The translations under genes and the position numbers were made by a program. From Amoebophrya sp. A120 (taxonomy: Eukaryota; Protista; Dinoflagellata), in contig CAJINV010000005.1 in NCBI GenBank assembly GCA_905178155.1, positions 8,409,591 through 8,473,590 of the forward strand: DNA of 64,000 nucleotides, in the 5' to 3' direction. This document shows positions 12,827-26,000 of the stretch, piece by piece (positions within the stretch are counted from its first letter, which is position 1; every line of letters begins with the position of its first letter). Below the pieces are notes generated by a model, which ran no database searches, was not told the origin of the DNA, and was given only the letters and a program-made list of their open reading frames with translations.

Positions 12827-14521
12827 TCTCTTGCAATAAGTAGAAATACTTCAGCACTTTTTTCTCTGTATACACATCCGAACGAGGACAATATCGTGAC
12901 CAACGTCGACATTGACGAGAATTTGGTTGATGCAGCGATTATGGGAAGAGGACTTTTGGTTGCCTGCGTAGAGGTCATTTTGTAAATGCAATTCGGTCAT
13001 GATCACGCTTGTACTCATGCAGATAGAGTAGGCTGAGGCATAGATTCTTGATGCAAGTCCAAAGACTAGGACGGAGTCAACCATGTTCACTCACATCAAC
13101 GTCGTAGTACTGAGTTCTTGGATCACCCCTGTAGTAAGTCAGTAGCCAAGCACGACGCATGACAGTGACAACAAGCCTTCTTCCCCTCCACAAAAAAGGC
13201 ACGGAAAGCGTTTCAACAGATGGAAGCGGCGGTGAAGACACTGAAGGGAGATATTTATCGTTTGCAAACTTAGTACCTGAGGAACCAAACCAAGTGTCGC
13301 GAACTTGTCATGCAGGTTCTCGCAGTCACAATATGCCTTTGTCATGCAAAACTCGCTCTGCTGTCCAGCATGATCATGACTCGCACACGTAGTCAGTACT
13401 AGTTTCCACAGTTTTTAAAGACGCGGTCTGGGTTACTCAGGCTTCTGCAAGGACGATACTTGTTCGAAGATCAGCGAGACCATTCAGAAAGAGTGAGGAG
13501 ATGAAAAGAGCATCATCCACCAGGCACAGGAGACCGATAACAAACATACAAAGATCAATTTCGACAGGTTTGTGTGCAACAAGTCATCTTCTGAACGATG
13601 TGACCACGACTGCTGACGAGACCGTGCTGTGCCCCGTCCGGATCCGATTTGTCTGCGGGAACTGCTACAAATTCGAAGGAATCATCTGCCTCTGTGTTCA
13701 TCTTCCTGGGCACCACCGTTCGGTGGAGACGTCTGCTTTGCATATAGAGGTGTCCTCGCAGCAGTAACAAGCCTCGCCAAAATGATCGGTGACAGATGAA
13801 GTCGGTACTGAAATAAAAGAATGTGATGTTTAGCTGATTTCTACTGTGCCGATGATTTTCTGTTCCCCGAATCGGACCCGCAATTGTTTCTGTACCGTTC
13901 GACGGTTTGGCGAGTATGAGTCTATAATTGTTCCAGCAAGTAAGATTGATGACAAAAATTCCAGTGAGTTAGGAGATAGCTCTGCAGCTCACCATTCTTG
14001 ATATTTTAGCCTACGAAGAATGCAAACCATAACCAGAACAAGAGTCAGTTGTGAATACAGTCCCGCCGGAATTTCGTCTCATCGTCCTCGTCGCTGCACA
14101 TATTAGCTGCTTCTATCCTCAAAACTACAGAAACTAACCGACCCAGATATTACTACCCTCAGAAAGGACAACCTCATTTGACGACCACAACCCACATTAC
14201 GCAAGGTTACCCCGGAGCACACTCCTATCGGAAATAAGCAGTTCATACGTATTCAATTTTGTGATAGCCTTCATTCTTGATCTTGCTTTATTTTACTGCA
14301 CAGGCCTGCGCTTTGTCGAGACAGTGTTTTTGTCTTTATGTACTTGAGCACCAGGTAGTACTAGTAGTCACTCCACGAATAGCCTACTGAGTATAGGTTT
14401 TTTACAGCACCTTTTTTTTGCAAGTGTAGTACAGTTTCCTGTGTAAAGAGTACTTAAATAGTTAGAAGGAAACGCATGTCCCTGTGCTGAGCTTTACCGT
14501 ATACTTTTCAAGCTGAACAAC

Positions 14522-16550
14522 ATGGCAGGCGGTTCTCGGAAAAAGAAGAATCCGCGCGGCGGCGCGGGAGGAGCCGTAGGGGGAGACAGCGAGGACTCAG
14601 AAACGGGCTATGCTAGTGACCAGGACCAGCAAAGCATCAAAGGGGCACACAACAGCAAGCACCAGGCCGCCCACACCTCCACAGCAAATTCTACTTCCCC
14701 CGGAACTGCAAGCACGAAGCAGCTGGACCGCGGGGCATTTAAGCTCGAGAAAATGTGCATCCACTGCAACCGGCCGTTTTCTTGGCGCAAAAAGTGGGAT
14801 ATGCAGTGCAAATATGTCTGGGTCTGGAAGGACGCGAACTTGTGATGCGTATTTCACAACGCCCACAAATCTCTTATGCATAGGCAGCAAAAGATAAAGA
14901 TGGCCATTTCCTCTTCCTGTCACCAGAATGGGGGATCTGTCATGCGGATTAGGCATCGCAGGAGCTTCTCGAAATCTGTGATGCTAGGTCTGCCATGATA
15001 GACCTTCTGTGCCATGCAAAAACAGCATGACAAACCTTGCATCCTTCCAGACCCAGACATATTTGGGTTTAATATGGGAACGGTGTTGGGACGAAGTGCA
15101 GACCTGCTCCAATGCGTGTAAACGAGAGCGGAAAAGAAAACACTTCGGAACTAATTTGAATGCAGACAATGACCCACTAACACCACAACTTCTGCCAGAG
15201 GAGCAAGACGGCGGCCAGATAGGGGAAGGCGAAGAAATAGGAAACTCAGCAACGACAAACACTTCTGCTCTACCACAAGCTTCTGCCAGCAGCGGCGCCT
15301 CCGCTAGTACCGCCACCTCCGAGATGTTGAAAAAGTCTAGTGCGAACTATAGTACCAAAAACGCAGGGGCAGGAGCAGGAACACCCACAACAGCGCACGA
15401 GAGGCGCACGAAGGAGTGCGACGTGTGCAAAACCCCCGTGCAGCTGGCGTATAGGTTATCAAATGCAATAAATATGTCTGGGTCTGGTTGGAAGGATGCA
15501 ACGTTTGTCATGCACATTTTGCATTACTCCTGATGTCTGTGATGCATGCCCTAGCATCACAGATGTTGGGAAGGCTCCCTGATGCCTATACCGCATGAGA
15601 AATGCCCTTACGCCGTGGCAAAAACTAGACCTCTTTTGCTGTTCATGCAATACAGATTTTTGGAGAATGCAGACGCAGCATCACAAGTTGCATCCTTCCA
15701 GACCCACACATTTTTGCAGTTGATATAGGTGTAAGTGGGACAAATCAAAACAGTGGCGGTTCGTGTGCCGGCCCTGCTGGCCAGTAGTCAGTCAACAGGA
15801 ATATTTGGAACAAAATAGTAAGGCGACAAAAAATCACGGACAGAACAAGCAGCTTCCAGGGCTGCTAGGGAACCCCTTCTACTATCAAATGCAAAAATGT
15901 CTGGGTCTGGAAGAATGCAAGTTTGTCATGCTTGTCTGGCATGAGTCGAGAATCTGTGTTGCATAGCCACGAAAAGGCCCTCTTACCTGTCATGCAAAAA
16001 CGCAGAAGTTTGCAATGCGGAATACGTAAGACATGGCAACCAAAAAATTTGTCATGCGTAGCTGCGTATTGCAGTGCGTTTATAATTCACCTTTCGCATT
16101 ACATTTAAGTACAAGTTTCCAGACCCAGACATATTTGCACTCCATATCTACGTCTACGGCGGTACCTGGAAAGCGACCATTGGGTTGACGAAAAATGAAA
16201 TTTTGAACGAACAGCAAACGACAACCGCGAAAACTCGTCTAGAAGTTGCCATAGGGTCAGGACTTCCTCAACTAGGAGATGAAGTAGGTCTTGTGCAACA
16301 TGGATCTACTTCTGGTCAACTACATAACCCGGCGAAAGCAGGGGACCGGATGGTCGAGCTCGACGATAAGGCGAGCCACGAAGTAATGCCTTTCAACTAC
16401 TACACTTCTGGTGAACAAGCTGCACAGGAGAGTTGGGCGGAGGCGCAGCTACCTCAAGAAGTTCTTCATGGTCCCGGTGTTGCGTTTCAAGCTCCCGTTG
16501 TAGTTGAAAAAATCCTTCGGGACGATGATAAAGATGAATTTACTGCGTGA
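14522..16550 (+). CDS. DUF2256-domain protein fused to a second Cys-rich (CxxC...CxxCW...YGGTWK) domain (exons 14522-14799, 15080-15456, 15731-15882, 16152-16550)
   Basis: The spliced product reads KMCIHCNRPFSWRKKW|ERCWDEVQTCSNACK, the DUF2256 signature. It continues KECDVCK...AYR|CKWD...FVCRPCW...NPFY|VYGGTWKA. Confidence 0.85.
14800..15074. mobile_element. Introner family A
   Basis: Family A TIRs; TSD tggga. Confidence 0.93.
15457..15725. mobile_element. Introner family A (reverse orientation relative to 5439)
   Basis: Family A TIRs; TSD taggt. Confidence 0.93.
15883..16146. mobile_element. Introner family A
   Basis: Family A TIRs; TSD tctac. Confidence 0.93.
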
Positions 16551-16848
16551 TGGTCTTGTTTCTCCTCGTTGTCAACGTAGTACACCCACAGCTTGCAATT
16601 ACTGAAGTAAAAAATCAAAATGCCGTATTTCTTCTGAAGTTCGAAGGACAAATTTCCTGACATCAGTTCGATTCATTTATTGTTGTTCTCGCTGCAGTAT
16701 CGCTTGTATTGTCTTGCTGTTGCGCATCAGAGAAGTTGAAGTTCCTATAAAAACTGAAAGTGCCTGTGCTTGATTTCCGTGCGCATTATTTCAGACAAGA
16801 AACTTCTCGTGTACTACGTCTTCTAGTGTCAAGGTGGAAAAATGTTTT

Positions 16849-17557
16849 TGACAGCTTCCCGTTGTCCTCTCATAGAGCGTTTAGTTCCACCCGGAAACAG
16901 AACTGCCCACCATCCTGCTAGGCGACCTGAATGCAAGGCACGCGAAGTGGGACGCAGGTGGCACGAGGAGAGACTTCACTGCCAACAAGGCAGGGAAGAT
17001 TGTTGCAGAGCTATTAGGGCCCAGCGTGAACCATGAAGGAAATTGGGTACAGGCAAATGGAGGGCGCCTGGCTACCCGCCCGTCATCCTCCTCCACCCCC
17101 GACATGATAATTTACGAAAGTAGATTCTTTGAGCATGAAAATACGAACGTAATAAGCATGACATCTAGTGATCACGACCTGCTTCTGACAGAACTCAAGA
17201 TAGGACCGAATCTACTAGAACTTGCAGACTGGTGGGAATGCGAGCCGCCGCTGACCTTTGAAGACGAAAACCGGATCAAGTTCCTGATGGACGAAGCGAG
17301 AGATGAGGACTGGATAAGATACCGGGCGGCGGCCGAGGAGAGAGCAAGTAGTTTATTCCGAAAGATTGATCTTAGCGGGGCGACGGGAGCCAAAGAGGAC
17401 TACTGGACACAGAAGATTCTTGCGCCTGACGACTGGGTGCCGGGAGCGGTGATTAGCGTTGACGTGGCTGACGACACGCTCGTGAGGATCCGGGATAGTA
17501 TTCGGTCTGCCTTCTGACAGCTTCCCGTTGTCCTCTCATAGAGCGTTTAGTTCCACC
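16849..17557 (+). mobile_element. Degraded segment with an APE-endonuclease-like fragment between 43-bp direct repeats (possible LINE relic)
   Basis: Identical tgacagcttcccgttgtcctctcatagagcgtttagttccacc at 16849-16891 and 17515-17557. ORF 17026..17517 has T...STPDMII...SDHDLL, resembling the C-terminal motifs of the exo/endo/phosphatase fold. Confidence 0.4.
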
Positions 17558-19492
17558 GTCGGATGATCCGAGATGTCGATACAGGATCAGAAATTCTACT
17601 GAATTTGAGCGTAAATACACGGAGACCATTATCGGTCCTCTCGGGAGATCCATTTCAAGTGCCATCGGTTCGTGTTGGCAGTATGGTGAATAGGACCACG
17701 ATCCAATTTCCACAAGTTCCGTGTGCGGAAGCAAATGTTCTTGCGCGATAAAAGGAAATACGAACTGCGCAGCCAAAATGTTGCACAGGGCCATCACTGA
17801 AGTAGGTCTCCTGTCGGTTAGTCCTTCTGCCAATCTTGTCCTCGTAAAGATTTTGATGCGCCGGCGGATCATGCAAGAAGATAGAAGAACAAATCTGGCG
17901 ATCTTGATTCCCTCATCCTCGGTTTTCTATTATGCGCAAGGGCCACATGAAAGCAAGAATGAAAATGATCCTCGCAAGGAGTTTTCTTGTACATTGATTG
18001 CTTGTGATGCACGAGCGCTCGCATTCGATCCAGAGGACTACAACTTCTCGGTCCAGAAATAAGATCCCGCATTATACATCCTGGAGTTCGACGGAGCTGC
18101 ACTGAGAGTTCTTGGGGAGGTGGCGATTTACAACTTTAACGCACCAATAAGGACGAAGCCAGGAGTTCTTCCGGATGAGCTACTACTGCCGGCCAAGGAC
18201 ATTACTAGCACTACTGATTCAGAGCAGCAGACTGCTATTCTGAATCTCACTCAACTGGACTTACGTCGTTGTATTGACTGCAACTACTGAGCATGAAGAT
18301 GCCAAATTTGACAAGAAGAACCTCCCTTCGGCCATACCAATGGCACATAAAAAAAGGAAAGACAAGAAAGCACTTCACTGCATCTTCTCTTCCCTCAAAA
18401 ACAAGAAGTAGCCTGGTCGTAATTTGGTGCACTAACACAACATTTTTCATCAACTTCCACTCCAACGCAGCACACTCAGCCTGCTCAGATAAAAGAACTA
18501 AGATCTGACTTGTGATATACCACACCAAAGTACATCAGGTACAAGTAGTGATGCGGCGGTTTTGATGGGGTGAGAAGTAATCACTGATTGACAGGCTGCT
18601 CCTTTGCTGCAACCATGACAGTGAAGATTTTTATTCTGTACCCAAAGTGCACCAGCTGTAGCTGTTGTATAATGAACATAGATAAAGAAAATAAAAGGGT
18701 GGACGAGGACGACGTCCTCGTCAAGAAGTGTGGCGCGTACACTTAATGCATTGTCAGAAAAAGAGCAGTGCTGCAGAAACCGGACTAGCGATAATTTCTG
18801 ACTCTTGGCGCGATGACTTCACTTCGTCACTTTTTTAGAAAATCATATGATACAGAAGCTACTTGTAGTTACTCCAGGTGGAGTACTACTAGCATGTTGT
18901 ACTGGAGGACAAAATAAAACTATTCGTGTTCAGTCTTGAATACTAGAGCGAGTTTGTGATGGTGCAAAAAGCCGAGGGCGGGCGCGGGCCGTCCAGTTAT
19001 TTGTATAAATGCAAAGAGCCTACTTGTTGTGGTGGTCGTGGTGCCGATGCGACAAAAGGCTAGAACATCTAGGCAGGAAGGTGGATCAAGAAATTGTAAT
19101 GAATGAAATCGATCCAAGTAAGGATCAGAGTAAGGATCGATCCTCTGGGCAATCAACGTCAAGGTCATGTCCAAGATGAACGATCCCGCTTTGAAGAGCA
19201 GTCTTGTCTAGTCAGTGACACGACGATCATTTTGATGAAGATCGCGGTACATAATTTCGTGGCACACCTTCGTCCATTCGTTTTATTCTTTTGCTTTGCT
19301 AGATGGAAACCCAAAATGCTGTTCAGCGAGGCACATGACCAGCGATTTTTTGAGGGATTTTTGTCTGTTGGAATCTACCAATAAAAGAACAAGAAGTACT
19401 TAAATGTAAAGAGCATGTGCTTTGTCTGTGCCCGAACCAAACAATTTTTCGTGTAGCGTTGAAGTTGAAAACAGACATTGATTACTTAAACT

Positions 19493-22223
19493 ATGAATCG
19501 CTTAGTGCACCATCCGGATGAAGACGCCCCTTCGGCTGCCGCGGAAAAACCACCGCCAGGCCCAACTACGCGTTTCACGTGGCAGCCCGCGTTCGCCTTT
19601 ACGAAACGAAATTCCAAGGTACTACAAGTACACCGAAGGCAACAGTCAGCCGACAGAAATAGAGAACAACTTGCCGTTGGTGCGGGCGGTGGAGATGAAA
19701 GACGCAGCGGCACTCCGCCATATGACTTGCAAAACAAGTATCGTACTCGTATAAATGCATTACAAATTTCCTCAGCGTGAGAAATAAGATTTGTAATGCA
19801 GATTTGCCTTGGGAACAAGATTTGTAATGCAAGACTTGCATTTGTACGAGAGCAGCGATACTTTTGCACAGGATAGGGATACACCACGAAGAACTACAAC
19901 AGAACCGCGGTCCATCGTCACCTACTGCCCCCGGATCGAACTGAAAGACGACCCGGAAGGAGTTATCAAAATGGAAATTCTCCCCTCCCCATACTCAAAC
20001 TGGAAATTTGTGATGCAGATTTGTGGTCACAAATCAGCTCTGTCATGCTAGAAGGGAAAAGATGCGGACTGTGCCTGTAGTGCTGGGTGGCGCGTGGGAA
20101 AGCCTTGCGGCTTCAGCATCACAGGAGGCATCTGGAAGTGGGAAGCAGCATGACAAATTGCCTGCAAACGAGGCCACAACTGCGGCGCTTGCCCCTCTAG
20201 CAATAGAAGCCGACTTGTGTACTCAAATACAGCAGCACAAGTTTCGGCTTCGATATGGGGAGGGGGGATTTTTCCCTTTGATAGGAGTGAAAAAATTGGA
20301 AAAAATCAAAAAAGTGCGGGCCCTGCACGAGGACAATACTAGGACCACCGCTCCTGCTGCTTGTGCGCCTGGTGTTGCCGTTGATGACACCGTAACTACT
20401 CCTAGCGGCGGGGCGAGCGGCGAAGGACACGGTGCAAATGCATCTTCCGAAGCGGCCGCTTCAAAGCTGCTGCGCCAGGGCGGCGACAATGCTGATAACG
20501 AGGACCCTCAGCGACTACAACATGTGGAAATTTTTGTGACTCGAACGACCGAGGAATACCGCAAGAAGTCGCTGGAAGTTCAACACGAAGTTTTACTTCA
20601 TGCGGACGGTGTTGCTGCGCAGAAAAATGATCTGGCTCTTCCTCTCCAACCTGGAAAAAATATTAAGCCACCGCAAAATTACAACCTGTTCTGGGAGATC
20701 GGGTGTTCAGAGGGGATTCTGACGAAAAAATTGTTGCGAAAGATAAACATGGCGGAGTTAAACTTCGAGAAGAAGAGGAGGGCGACGTTGAAGATTTCGC
20801 GTAAAATAAATGCTGATGCTGCAGCCTCTGTTGAACAAGACCACGAGGTACTATCAAGAAGTACACCATCCTCAACCCTGTTCGCGGTCGACGTCGGCGA
20901 GAAATGCGTGCAGGATTTGAGGAACTACTTTGGCAGTTCTACTTCTTCGAGTCAAGACTCCCCCATGACTTTGACTGAAGTAGAGCGAGAGCAGCAGCAA
21001 CAAATTATACCAGATGGTGAACAACTGCATCAAGCAGAAGAAGAAGAACAAGCAGAAGAAATACATGCTGCGTCAAGTTCAACTGGTGCAACATCATCTC
21101 ACCCGCAGAAGTCGAGGACAACAAATAGTAACCGGATTCTCCTCCAGAAGTTCGATGTCTTGGAAGACAGTTTTCAGGATTCGCTACTAAGCTGCATGAA
21201 GAACAAGAACATAGGAGAAATTATAAATGGAAACGAACAGGAGCTACAGCACGACAAAGCTCTCTTCTACAACCACGTTGCGGTTTTCCTCGACATCTGT
21301 GGGAACCGGGATGCGTTGACGGTTCTAGAGGCTATTGAGAAAGTGGTTGGGTTTTTGAAACAGCTGTCGCCGAGGAAGAAGAAGAAGATTCAAATCGTCG
21401 TGAAGTCCGAATTTCTATCCTGTGCAGAAGCATCGTACTCGTAGTAATTGCAATCATGCACGCTCGTAGTAATTGCAATCATGCATTGCAAATTTTTTTC
21501 TCAAGGTAAATCCGCATGACAAATTTTATTTCTCATGCTGAGTGAATTTGTCATGCATTTATACGAGTGCGATACTTTTCCAATGCATAATTTCTCTCGC
21601 GGATCGTGGAGGAGCAGTGGGAGCCGCATTTCAGAGGACCAGTATCAACTGTAAAAATGTCTGGGTCTGGAAGATTCTGACACTTGTCATGCACGTTTTG
21701 CATGAGCCATGATGTCTGTGATGCACATCCTAGCAATACAGATTTTTAGAGAGCTTGTTGATGCGTATTCCGCATGACAAATGCCTTCTCAGCGTAGCAA
21801 GAATTGCATTTCCACCTGTGGCACTCATGCAATACAGACCTTTTTGGAATCCAGATGCAGCATCGCAAGTTGCATTCTTCCAGACCCAGACATTTTTACA
21901 TTTGATAACCAGACATCGGGAATTCTAACGGCGTTCAAGTTGGACTTGGAGCTGCACTAGCAGATCCAGATGCTACGACAACAACGCCGTCGAGTCACTA
22001 CCACAGCGACTGGACGCCGCTGTTTCTCTCTTTGATCGAAAAACTACGGCCGAATCGGCAGCACGTGCCGAGAAAGGCTGGGAGCGAGAAGATGAAAGCA
22101 TCATCTTCTACTTCAAAGCGGCTGCAAGAAGAAAAAGAGCAAGAAGACGTCGTCGCGATGAACAGGAGTAACATATCAAGTAGTGTAGTACAAAATCGGA
22201 AAATAAACTTTGCGGGAGCGTAG
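19493..22223 (+). CDS. Class I SAM-dependent methyltransferase-like protein (5 exons)
   Basis: In-frame joins across four introners. Motifs include WEIGCSEG (motif I-like), LFAVDVG, KFDVL, VFLDICGNR and IVVKSEF. Confidence 0.65.
19721..19881. mobile_element. Introner family E
   Basis: TIRs tatgacttgcaaaacaagtatcg / cgatacttttgcacaggata(gggata); TSD cgcca/cacca. Confidence 0.8.
19964..20283. mobile_element. Introner family D
   Basis: TIRs tatcaaaatggaaattctcccctccccata / tatggggagggggatttttccctttgata; TSD ggagt. Confidence 0.92.
21416..21589. mobile_element. Introner family E
   Basis: Family E TIRs; TSD atttc; short internal tandem duplication. Confidence 0.9.
21643..21907. mobile_element. 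Introner family A
   Basis: Family A TIRs; TSD accag. Confidence 0.93.
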
Positions 22224-23094
22224 GTCGCCGCGGTCGCACATCAAGAACTGTAAAAATAAATTGTTAGCGACTGTCAACAAGGAAGCTACAGGACCGTTTC
22301 TTCAACGAGCTCGTTTCTTCTGCACAGCAGATGATGGTGATACAACTGAGTACATCTGCGAGCAGTGCGACTTGTTTTTGTTCAGAACTCTAAGATCCTC
22401 TTCCTTTTTCTCGTGTCTGGCAGCATGACGAGATCCTCGAAGTAGATCCTGCTGGTCACGATGACTCTGCGTCTGCATGGCTCAGATAAAACTGCAATCG
22501 GTTGCAACATGAGGACCACCGAAGGTCGTGGAATTTTATCGAATTCATCGAGTTTCGAATTGGATCAAATCAACGACGAAGCTGTGTTTCGAAATAAATA
22601 CTGGCAAGTATCGCGACAGATCAAACGGAAGCACCAGTGCAGTTATCGAGCTGCACAAGAAAAGTTCTTCTTCGAATGCAGTAAGCCTGTTTTATCGATT
22701 TAGTAACCCTGATATCTTGATCGGTCTTGATGTTGATGTGATCTATCGGATCCTCTTCGAGACGAAGATTATCTGTGCCAGTGCTATCGTTCGGTACAGG
22801 CGAGTTTCAACATGTATCCATGGTTCTGAACAGTAGCAGAAATTTTCGAATCTTAAGCTTTCTCCGCGTTGTAAACTGCAACTGCTTTTTATCTCACTCT
22901 GTTGTAGTACTCTGTTGAAGTGAAAAATAAATATAAAATCCTTGTCTACCATATGACTTCGGCCGCCCAGTTGTGCAGCCACGGTAAAAATACACTCATT
23001 TTGTTTACTTGCGAGGGGGTGATCTAGTGCTACAAATAAAATTCTGGTCGTCAAAGTCAAACTATAAACTGAAAACACGACCAGGAAAATCACG

Positions 23095-26000
23095 ATGGCA
23101 AGAACATCAAAAGTACTCCTTCATCAAATGCGCGGAGGTCCTCTAGTTGTGCAGTTTCTAGTCGTCCTGCTGGCGCATGGTGATCTGATTCCTGCCGTGC
23201 GAGGGTATTTCTTATTGGATCTGAAAGGTACTAGCGGCGGCGGGCCTGGCCACGAAGAACAACAAGTCGATGTGGATCATGAACTACAAGACCCTATCAA
23301 ATGCAAAAATGTCTGGGTCTGGAAGAATGCAAGTTGTGATGCTGCATTTGGATGTCTAAAAAATTTATGTTGCATGAGCAGCAAAAGGAGTCTAATTTTT
23401 GCTACGCCGAGATGGCATTTGTTTTTGTCATGCGGAATAGGCATCAAGAATCGCACAAAAAACCTGTGATGCTAGGGCATGCATCACAGACGTCATGGCC
23501 CATGCAAACCGTGCATGACAAGTCTCGGAATCTTCCAGACCCAGACATTTTTGCATTGGATAGACCCGACTCCCGAGCCCGTTCCCGGAATGACTTTCTG
23601 CGGCATCGCGGGGTGGGACTTGTATCGCAAGAAAAAAGTGTTACAGTTACACACATAGTCTATGCAGGCCAAGCAAGACAGACGCGCTCTGTCATGCCGG
23701 ATATGCATTGGAGCCTCGTTTCATAGGTGTTTTCCCGTATGATTTCTGCATTACAAGTTTTCTCTCTCATGCAGAGGAGTTTGTGTTGCTGAATTCACTA
23801 CAAATGTGTAACTGTAACACTTTTTTCGTGGGATAATTTGCCCGCGAGCGGCAGTAGTACCTCCGTAGAACGAGCGGCTTCGTCTCCCTTTCTTTCTTCC
23901 GGGGCGGGAACGACTAGCAGAATGGACAAATGTACAACTGGAGCCCTTGTTCCAGATGACGAAAATCAAACGGGCGGGGACGATTATGATCAACAAGGCG
24001 GCACTACGGAGATTTTGAACTGGTTTTGGAACTGGGGGACTACCGTGCTGGCCAAGAAGCCGCCCAGGCCTGGTATTATAACCCGCTCAGGTGTTACAAT
24101 CTCAAACGTTACGAATAGAGTTTGGAGATCTGTGATGCAAGAGTGCATGATCTAGCCAAAGCCAACTCTCATGGGATTGCGCATGACAAGTTCCGGAGCG
24201 CCGACCCCCACTACAACCTGGCGAAATTTGTATTGCAACAAGTGGAACGCTCTGCGAGTCTGTCATGCATGCTCATCATGCAAGACAAATCTCAGACTCT
24301 ATTGCAACGCTTGAGATCGTAATACCTGAGCGGGTTATACCTTTTCCCGCCGACTGGTCCTTTTTCCCGACCAGCTGGGGCACAGACCTTTCCGGCCCGC
24401 ATGACTCGACCGTGCGCGACCCGGCGGGTCAGGGCTACTACGGGAACTTATGGTTCGGTTGGAACGAACCAGACTTAGTTTCGGGAACTGGATCATTGGG
24501 TCACTACGTCCCCGAGCTGGCTGCGGACCCAACTTGCAAAATGACGGAGTGGAAGGCTTTGCACAACCAGGCCCGGACGCTCGGCTACTTGACCACGAGC
24601 CCAGCGATCGCTTTTGATTGGAATTTATCCACCGCAGACATGTCTGGGTCTCCTGGAAGAAATCCTGGAACTTGTGATGCTAAGTCAGGATCGCATACAA
24701 AAGCTGTGGTGCATGAACTACGCCAACAGCTCCCTATATACTTTTTTGCTACACGAATGGCCGCCGATTTCGGGTGCGGGATAGGCACGAAGAAGATCCT
24801 GCCACAAAATCTCTCATGCTTCTGCGTGCATGGTCGAGAGCATTTGTGTGCCTCACGAGATGCATGACAAACACGCGCGTTTTTCTTTCAGGCCGAGATC
24901 GGTATTTGCAAGGCATAGAAATGGCTTCGCACGTTCCTGGCCGAAGCCTGCAAACCGGAAAACGAGGCGACCATGTGTGTATCAAATGTAAAAATGTCTG
25001 GGTCTGGAAGAAGGCAAGTTTGTCATGCGTGTCTGGCATGACTCGAGAATCTGTGTTGCATAGGCACGAAAAGGCCCTCTTACCTGTCATGCAAAAACGC
25101 AGTTCGTCATGCGGAATACGTAAGACATGGGAGCCAAAAAATTTGTCATGCATAGCTGCGTATTGCAGTCCGTCTACCATTCACTTTTAGCATCACAAGT
25201 TTCCAGACCCAGACACTTTTGCATTTGATAGTGTCCCAACTACATCAATTTTCACTTCTACATCTCGGACTGCAACCGCGAGGCTAGCGCGGTGGACTAC
25301 CTGAAGACAGTATCAGAATGAAAAATCCCCCCACCCCATACTCAAACTGGAAACTTGTGATGCTGATTTGTGACCACAAATCATGTTGTCATGCTAGAAG
25401 GGAAATAAGGATGCGGACTGTCGCGCTGGCTGGCCTAGGAACAAGGCCTTGCATCTCCAGCATGGCAGGAGGCAACTGGAAGTGGGAAACAGCATGACCA
25501 ATTGCCTGCAAATAAGGCCAAAACTGCGTCCCTTGCCCTTCTAGCAATACAGGCAGACTTGTGTACGCAAATCCGGCATCACAGCTTTCCTGTCCGATAT
25601 GGGAAGGGGCGGCTTTTTCTCACAATAAACGGGGTTAATGAACGCCAAAGAGTTGATGAACACGTACCCGTATCAAATGCAAATATGTCTGTGCTGTCTG
25701 GGTCTGGAAGGTGGTAACTTGTGATGCTGTCTTTGGATTCCGAAAAAATCTGTATTACATGACTAGCACGTGCGCGAGGAGTCCAGTCTGTGCTACGCGG
25801 GGAGGGCATTTCTTATGCGGAATAAGTATCAGGAAGGCGGTTCTAAAAATCTGTGATGCTAGGGCATAAAAAATTTAAAAGTGGACCTTCCTAAGCCGAT
25901 ATCCTGAGGACAAATGTCCCCACGTCGTCGACCCCATAGTCAGGAGGGGAACCTTGCAACACAAATCCAGAATTTTAGGGAGTCATGCATAACATAGTAT

